Shown: one piece after another, positions 58,672 through 64,000 of the stretch
Layout: each line of letters opens with the position of its first letter
Position numbering within the stretch: the first letter of the stretch is position 1
Assembly (NCBI GenBank): GCA_963737655.1
Contig: CAVTTN010000002.1
Coordinates: 4,512,001 to 4,576,000, forward strand
DNA: 64,000 nt
Reading direction: 5' to 3'
From: an uncultured Planctomycetota bacterium
Lineage (GTDB): Bacteria; Planctomycetota; Planctomycetia; Isosphaerales; Isosphaeraceae
Made by a program: the position numbers and the translations under genes
Notes under the pieces: model-generated
Database searches by the model: none
What the model was told of the DNA's origin: nothing
Seen by the model: only the letters and a program-made list of their open reading frames with translations

Positions 58672-60060
58672 CTAGTCCTCGCCATCCAGGGCCGAGAGGA
58701 CGAGGTCCCTCACGGCGGTCATGGCCAGGTCGCCCGCCGGGGCCGGGCCGTCGCCCAGGAGGATCGGCCGGTCGATCGGGTCGGCGGCGGGCAGGCCGTG
58801 GCTCCCCCGGATCAGGCCGGGATCGAGCGGGACCACGTCGAACAAGGTGCGGAAGCCCAGCTTCTTCTGGGCCAGGCGGCGGATCGCCCGGCCCATCGGC
58901 CACGCGAGCTTCGGGTCGAAGAGGAGCTCGCACGGGTCGTATCCCGGCTTGCGGTGGATGTCCACCGTCCGGGCGTAATCCGGGGCGGCCCGGTCGTCGA
59001 GCCAGAACGGATAGGCGAACCAGGCGTCGGGCGACGAGAGCGCCACGACCTCGCCCGCTCGCGGGTGATCCAGGCCGATCTCGCGGCGTTCCTCGCCCAC
59101 GAACAGCCGGCCGACCCCCGGCTCGGCGCCGAGGAGCTCGCGGACTCGCGGGATGTCGATCGCATCGCGCACGTAAATGTGGGCCAGTTGATGATCGCAG
59201 ACGGCGAACGCCCGGCTCGTGAACGGGTCGAAGATCTCGCCGAACGGCCCGGGTCGGACGCCCAGGAGCCCGGCGTTTCTCAGCAGGCGATTGGGCAGGA
59301 CGGCGCGGGTCACGTCGCCATGGCCGTACTCGCTGACGACCCACACGCGGGCCCCGATCGCCTTCGCGGCGTCGAGCAACGGGGCGCAGGCGTCGTCCAG
59401 CTCGCCGACGAGCTTTGGCATGTCGGAACCGGACGTGCCGAAGCGTTGGGGGTTATAGTCGAGATGGGGCAAGTACACGAGCGAAAGGTCGGGCCTCTCG
59501 TCCTTCAAGACCTCGGCCGCGCCCGAGGCGATCCATCGGGTGCAGGGCAGGCCGGCTTTCGGCCCCCAGAAGGTGGGAAACGGGAACTTGCCGATCCGTT
59601 GTTCGAGGCGATCGGTCAGGCCGTCGGGCGTCCCGGCGATGCCGAACGCCTTGTTGCCGTCGGCCCCGTAATAGGGCTTCGGCGTGACGCTCCACGCCAC
59701 GTCGGCCCCCTGGTTGAACCACCAGAACAGCTTGGCGGCGCGGAACGATCGGCCCCGCTCGGCCGCTCGTTTCTTCGCGGTCACGTACAGCGGCTCGGCG
59801 CCGATCAGGGCGTTGGACTGCTGCCAGAATCGCACCTCGCCGGTGTCCCGGAAGAACCAGCCGTTGCCGACCACGCCGTGGCCCTCGGGGGGCATGCCCG
59901 TGAGGATCGTGGCCTGGGCCGAGCACGTGACGGCCGGGACGATCTCACGCAACGGGCGGGACCAGCCCGATCCGGCGAGCGCCTTCAGCCGGGGCGCCAG
60001 CTCCAGGAGCCGCCCGGTCAGGCCGACGGCGTTGATCAGGACGAGCGGGGCCTGCGGCAT
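58672..60060 (-). CDS. Alkaline phosphatase superfamily nucleotide pyrophosphatase/phosphodiesterase (EboF-like)
   Basis: PAVTCSAQAT, HG.VGNGW, YLPHLDY, SEYG, DHQ.AH, DIHRKPGYDPCELL, GSHG. Confidence 0.88.
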   Translation of the reverse strand: MPQAPLVLINAVGLTGRLLELAPRLKALAGSGWSRPLREIVPAVTCSAQATILTGMPPEGHGVVGNGWFFRDTGEVRFWQQSNALIGAEPLYVTAKKRAAERGRSFRAAKLFWWFNQGADVAWSVTPKPYYGADGNKAFGIAGTPDGLTDRLEQRIGKFPFPTFWGPKAGLPCTRWIASGAAEVLKDERPDLSLVYLPHLDYNPQRFGTSGSDMPKLVGELDDACAPLLDAAKAIGARVWVVSEYGHGDVTRAVLPNRLLRNAGLLGVRPGPFGEIFDPFTSRAFAVCDHQLAHIYVRDAIDIPRVRELLGAEPGVGRLFVGEERREIGLDHPRAGEVVALSSPDAWFAYPFWLDDRAAPDYARTVDIHRKPGYDPCELLFDPKLAWPMGRAIRRLAQKKLGFRTLFDVVPLDPGLIRGSHGLPAADPIDRPILLGDGPAPAGDLAMTAVRDLVLSALDGED

Positions 60061-60275
60061 GGTCCGAATCTCTCTCTCGACGCCTCGGGGATCGCGGGCG
60101 GAGTATTCTATCAGGAACGGGGCGCGGAAGGACCGGCCGTCGGCGGGTCGCCGGAGGGTGGAAATCCGGGGCGCCCGAGCGTTTTTTCTTCGGGACGGCG
60201 GCGATCGGCCCCGTAAGATCTTCGGGGGCGGCGCCGACGGACATTCCGGGGGCGACCGGCCCGGGGAGACGAGCC

Positions 60276-61448
60276 ATGAGAGCGACCGCCGTGAGCTTCG
60301 ACGTCTCGGACGTCTCCGCGGCGACGGAACTCCTGGGCGAGGTCCCGACCCGCGACGCGGTCGAGGCGCTGCTGACCGTCGGCCTGTCCCGGAGCGAGCG
60401 GAACTTCATCGAGCTCTTCACTCAGCGGGGGCAGTCGTTCCCGATGCCGGAGGCCCCTCCGAGACGGCCGGTCGAGTCGTGCTTCCGCTATCATGGCCGG
60501 CTGGTGGCGGAGGTGGCGTATCATCCGGTCGTGGCGGCCGTCCATCTGGCGTTCCAGGACCATCGGCCGCTGGTCCTCTCGCCCGACATCGTCTGGCTGA
60601 TGATCGTCCAGGGCGTGGCGAACCACATCAACGCGAACGCCGAGGCGCTCCGCTCGAAATTCGTCCGCCACGAAGGGCGGGCCGAGATCGTCGTCCGCCG
60701 CGACGACTTCATCAAGGGGTCGCCCGAGAACCCCTGGCCCGAGGTCTTCCGCGCCTTCTCGAAGACGATCGGCGAGCACGTCGGGCCGGCGGTAGACCTC
60801 TTCCGGCCGGGATTCTCGACCACCGGGCCGGTCGAGACGGCCGCCGCGGAGGTCGTCCTCCTGGACGCCATGCAGTCCTATTTCACCTATGTGGCGACGA
60901 GCCGATGCGGCATCCCCTCGATCACCCTGGAAGGGACCCGCAAGGACTGGGAGGCCGTCGCCGATCGGGCCAAAGCCTTCTCGAACCTCGGCCTCGACCG
61001 CTGGCTGTCGTTCCTCTCGCCGATCCTCGGCCAGTTCGTCCGGGCGTCCCGCGGGAGCGTGGACACGGCGTTCTGGAATTCGATCTACAAGCGCCACGCG
61101 GAGAGCGGAGGGGACGTCATCACCGGCTGGATCACCGCGTTCTTCCCCTACTGGAAGGACTGGGAGACCAGGCGCCCCGACCGGCCCGTCGAGGGGTTTT
61201 TCCGGGGCGGCTCGCAGGAGGCGCGGACCATGATCGAATCGCTCGGCCGGAACCGGCATGGGTTCATCCAGGGCCCGACGACCGAGAGTCTGCCCGGAGG
61301 GCTGTCAAAAGCCCCCTTCCGTTGGGAATATCTCGATCGATCGTTCGCGATGGAGTTCCTCGGCGGCTTCGTGGGCGTGAAGCAGGACGAGCAGACCCTG
61401 GCGCTCCGGCCCGAGATCGGCTGGGCGGTCCGGGAGTCGGTCTCTTGA
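60276..61448 (+). CDS. DUF4419-like protein
   Basis: AVHLAFQDHRPLVLSPD.VWL.I.QG.A.H...NAE.LR; FSTT; CGIPSITLEGT..DW; ITGWITAF. Confidence 0.8.
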   Translation: MRATAVSFDVSDVSAATELLGEVPTRDAVEALLTVGLSRSERNFIELFTQRGQSFPMPEAPPRRPVESCFRYHGRLVAEVAYHPVVAAVHLAFQDHRPLVLSPDIVWLMIVQGVANHINANAEALRSKFVRHEGRAEIVVRRDDFIKGSPENPWPEVFRAFSKTIGEHVGPAVDLFRPGFSTTGPVETAAAEVVLLDAMQSYFTYVATSRCGIPSITLEGTRKDWEAVADRAKAFSNLGLDRWLSFLSPILGQFVRASRGSVDTAFWNSIYKRHAESGGDVITGWITAFFPYWKDWETRRPDRPVEGFFRGGSQEARTMIESLGRNRHGFIQGPTTESLPGGLSKAPFRWEYLDRSFAMEFLGGFVGVKQDEQTLALRPEIGWAVRESVS

Positions 61449-61978
61449 GCGACGAAGCGATCGGTCGGCTCGTCCCCGAGGAGCCATTTCCTCCGTATAC
61501 CTATGTCCCGAGATCGGGCCGACCTCATCCGCTGGCCGACCCTCGGGGCCACAGCTTCGGCCGGAGGTCGGGGGCGGTCGAGCCGCTCGACCCGGATCGG
61601 CCCGGGGCGAGCCGGCCGTACCTCGTTGGGATCGACTTGTTCAATCATGGTTACTTCTGGGAGGCCCACGAGTCGTGGGAGTCGGTCTGGCACGCCTGCG
61701 GGCGCTCGGGGACCGTGGCCGATTTCGTCCGGGCCCTGATCAAGCTCGCGGCGGCCGGGGTGAAGGCGCTGGAGGGCGTCCCCAACGGCGTGAGGACCCA
61801 TTCGGCCCGCGCGGCCGTCCTCTGGCGAGCCGTGGCCGCGATCGAGGGCGGCGAAGACGCCGTTTTCCTGGGTTTCCGGCTGCTCGACCTGATCGGACTG
61901 GCGGATTCGATCGCCCGGGACGGCTGGCCGGAAGATGCCCCGGTCCTTCGGCCGAGCTTCGGCGAAAGTCGTTCGTAG
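61445..61978 (+). CDS. DUF309-like protein
   Basis: GIDLFNHGYFWEAHESWE..W; ALIKLAAA; TTG start overlaps upstream stop. Confidence 0.8.
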   Translation: MSDEAIGRLVPEEPFPPYTYVPRSGRPHPLADPRGHSFGRRSGAVEPLDPDRPGASRPYLVGIDLFNHGYFWEAHESWESVWHACGRSGTVADFVRALIKLAAAGVKALEGVPNGVRTHSARAAVLWRAVAAIEGGEDAVFLGFRLLDLIGLADSIARDGWPEDAPVLRPSFGESRS

Positions 61979-62108
61979 GGTCCGCAGGAAAGGCTCCGAA
62001 TTCTCGTAGGGCAGGCCTCGGCCTGCCGATCCGTGGGGACGGCAGGCCGAGGCCTGCCCTACGAGGAGCCTACTCGATCGAAAATCGCTCGATCGCGGAC
62101 CCTACGAA
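61972..62108. repeat. Nested REPINs: family B doublet (62006-62062) inside family D arms
   Basis: Outer TTCGTAGGGTCCGC / GCGGACCCTACGAA; middle AGGCTCC / GGAGCCT; inner GTAGGGCAGGCCTCGGCCTGCCG doublet. Confidence 0.8.
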
Positions 62109-62110
62109 AT

Positions 62111-64000
62111 TCACGCGGCCTTCGTCGCCAGGCTCCGCCTCCACCCGGCGGCGAAGACCAGCGAGAGGACCGCGAGCGAGCAGGTGAAGACGATCCCCTG
62201 CCCTCCCCCTTCGACGAACCCGTAGCTGTGGAGGCCGATCCCGAGGACGAAATTCACCCCATACCAGGCCATCAGGACCGACGAATAGCAGGCGACCGAC
62301 GCCGCCATCAGCCCGAAGGTGTTGACCCAGCCGGCGAACCGGCCGTGGAGCGGGACGAGGTAGACGAGCAGGGTGATGAGCGCCCAGACCTCCTTGGCGT
62401 CCCAGCCCCAGAACCGGCCCCAGGAGAAATCCGCCCAGACGCCGCCGAGGATCGTCCCGGCGGCGACCAGGAGGACGCCCACCTGCATCGCCCGATAGGT
62501 GAAGTTCGCCAGGGGCTTGATCCGGGACGCCGTGGCCTGGATCGCCTGGCCCCTCGGGTCGAGCTTGGCCACGGACGCCGATTCGCGGGCGCGGATCTCG
62601 GCCACGGAGGGCTTGGCCATCGTCGCGACCCCGCCGTTGCCGGACGAGGCGAACGCCTGGTGAGACTCGGCCCTGGCGGCGTCGATCTCGGCGAACTCGC
62701 CGGGGATCTCCTCGTGGCGGACGACCGCCTCGGCCTCGATCAACGCGCCTCGGGCCATCGCGCCCAGGCGGCCCAGCAGCAGGGCGCCGAAGCCGACCCC
62801 GCCGACGATCGCCGGGACGACCCAGGTGGCCAGCCAGTCGGGCCAGATCGCGGGCGTGGTCGTCAGCGCGGCGGCCGTCGTGCCGACGGTCCCGAGGGCC
62901 AGGGCGACGGCCCCGGCCACGGACGTCCGGTTCGGGAAGCGGTTCGACGCCTCGCCGAGCATGGCGACCGTCGCCGTGATCGTCGGGATCATCCCGCCGA
63001 AGACCGCCACGAACCAGAAGCCGACGAACGCGACGTTCGTCCCGAGGAAGTCTCCCGGCTTCGCGTAATGCGACCCGAGGAGCCCCGCGATCCCCGCCGC
63101 CAGCATCGGCAGGCCGACGATCAGGGGCTTCGCCAGCCGGGCGAACGACGCGTCATTCCGATACGTGGCCGACAGGTAATAGCCCAGGCCCAGGAGGCCG
63201 AGGCCCATCGCCAGCGAGAACGCCGCGTAGCTGGAAACGATCGTCAGGACGTGGATCGTCAGCCAGTAGTTGCTGCGGAGGACCGGCTGGAGGAGCTTGA
63301 TATCCGGGTCCAGGAGCGACACGTTCGCCGCCAGGATCGTGGCCAGGAGCGACACGCCCGACGCCGCCAGAGCGGCGAACTTCTTGCGATAGATCAGCTC
63401 CAGGACGAACCCGAGGACCGAGGTCATCAGCGCCACCCAGATCACGGTCTCATACATGTTCGTGACCGGGGCCCAGCCGGTGATCCTGACCCGGTAGTAG
63501 AACCCGACGATCTCCAGGGCGATCCCGCTGGCGAGGCCGGCCAGCCCCGCGACGTACAGCCCGCGATCCACGGCGAACCCCGCCGTGCCCGGCTTCGCCC
63601 CCATCCCCACGCAGATCAGGAGCAGGGCGACGGCGATCCCGTAGCCGTACGGCGCCAGGGAGAACGGAGCCAGGTGGTTGAACGTGGATTCGCGGCCCAT
63701 CTCGGCCTCGGACGGGTAGCTCACGACCCCGTGGCCGAGCGTCCGGGCCGAGGCGATCAATTCGGCCTGCTTCTCCGGCGAGAGAGGGGCCGAGGACTTG
63801 CCCAGGGCGTCGCGAACGGCGGCGAACGCGGAGACCCGCGAGGCGTTCAGGTCTTCCCAGGTCTTGTGCTTCACGTCCTTGGCCTGGAGGTACGGGACGG
63901 AGATCGACTCGCCGAGGTCGCGAGCGGCGAAGACCAGCGCATGAGCCGCCTCGGCCGAGAGATGGCCCGGCGCGGACTTTTCGCCGTCGATCACGCCCTG
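62111..64000 (-). CDS. ccsA: Cytochrome c biogenesis protein CcsA (system II), 5'-truncated by window edge
   Basis: PVTNMYE, L.PVLRSNYWL.IHV, WWD motif GGVWADFSWGRFWGWDAKEVW, GLHSY. Confidence 0.92.
   Translation of the reverse strand, partial: QGVIDGEKSAPGHLSAEAAHALVFAARDLGESISVPYLQAKDVKHKTWEDLNASRVSAFAAVRDALGKSSAPLSPEKQAELIASARTLGHGVVSYPSEAEMGRESTFNHLAPFSLAPYGYGIAVALLLICVGMGAKPGTAGFAVDRGLYVAGLAGLASGIALEIVGFYYRVRITGWAPVTNMYETVIWVALMTSVLGFVLELIYRKKFAALAASGVSLLATILAANVSLLDPDIKLLQPVLRSNYWLTIHVLTIVSSYAAFSLAMGLGLLGLGYYLSATYRNDASFARLAKPLIVGLPMLAAGIAGLLGSHYAKPGDFLGTNVAFVGFWFVAVFGGMIPTITATVAMLGEASNRFPNRTSVAGAVALALGTVGTTAAALTTTPAIWPDWLATWVVPAIVGGVGFGALLLGRLGAMARGALIEAEAVVRHEEIPGEFAEIDAARAESHQAFASSGNGGVATMAKPSVAEIRARESASVAKLDPRGQAIQATASRIKPLANFTYRAMQVGVLLVAAGTILGGVWADFSWGRFWGWDAKEVWALITLLVYLVPLHGRFAGWVNTFGLMAASVACYSSVLMAWYGVNFVLGIGLHSYGFVEGGGQGIVFTCSLAVLSLVFAAGWRRSLATKAA

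Noticed and set aside
1..64000. tRNA, rRNA, prophage or retroelement genes
   Set aside because: No cloverleaf or rRNA-like segments, phage structural genes, integrase or reverse transcriptase motifs recognised by eye.

Overview
High-GC bacterial chromosome segment, very probably from a planctomycete of Isosphaeraceae type. This is inferred from two PVC-type HEAT/CxxCH proteins, a CRTAC1/ASPIC protein, an LEPR-xLL delta-60 protein and planctomycete-style Ser/Thr kinases. Housekeeping genes include cobA-hemD, tatC, two Hsp20 genes, iscS/iscA, glmU, gatC-gatA-gatB and ccsA. The most notable accessory features are: (1) a partly lower-GC island at about 20.07-24.6 kb that reads as a minus-strand integron cassette array, with two attC-like sites, a truncated third site, an attI-like site, paralogous cassette genes, a decayed PIN toxin pair and no integrase in the window; (2) at least four GTAG-type REP/REPIN families plus MITE-like wrappers that are repeatedly nested inside each other; (3) an HNH plus small-protein pair, and a HEPN plus partner pair inside gatCAB; (4) a BshC-like gene coupled to a GT2 gene; (5) an intact ISAzo13-family IS inserted in the CTAG shared by two convergent stop codons. 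Several single-base indels in G/C runs, including a compensating pair inside essential gatA, suggest assembly errors, so single frameshifts are weak evidence for pseudogenes here. All product calls come from motif recognition by eye; no searches were run.
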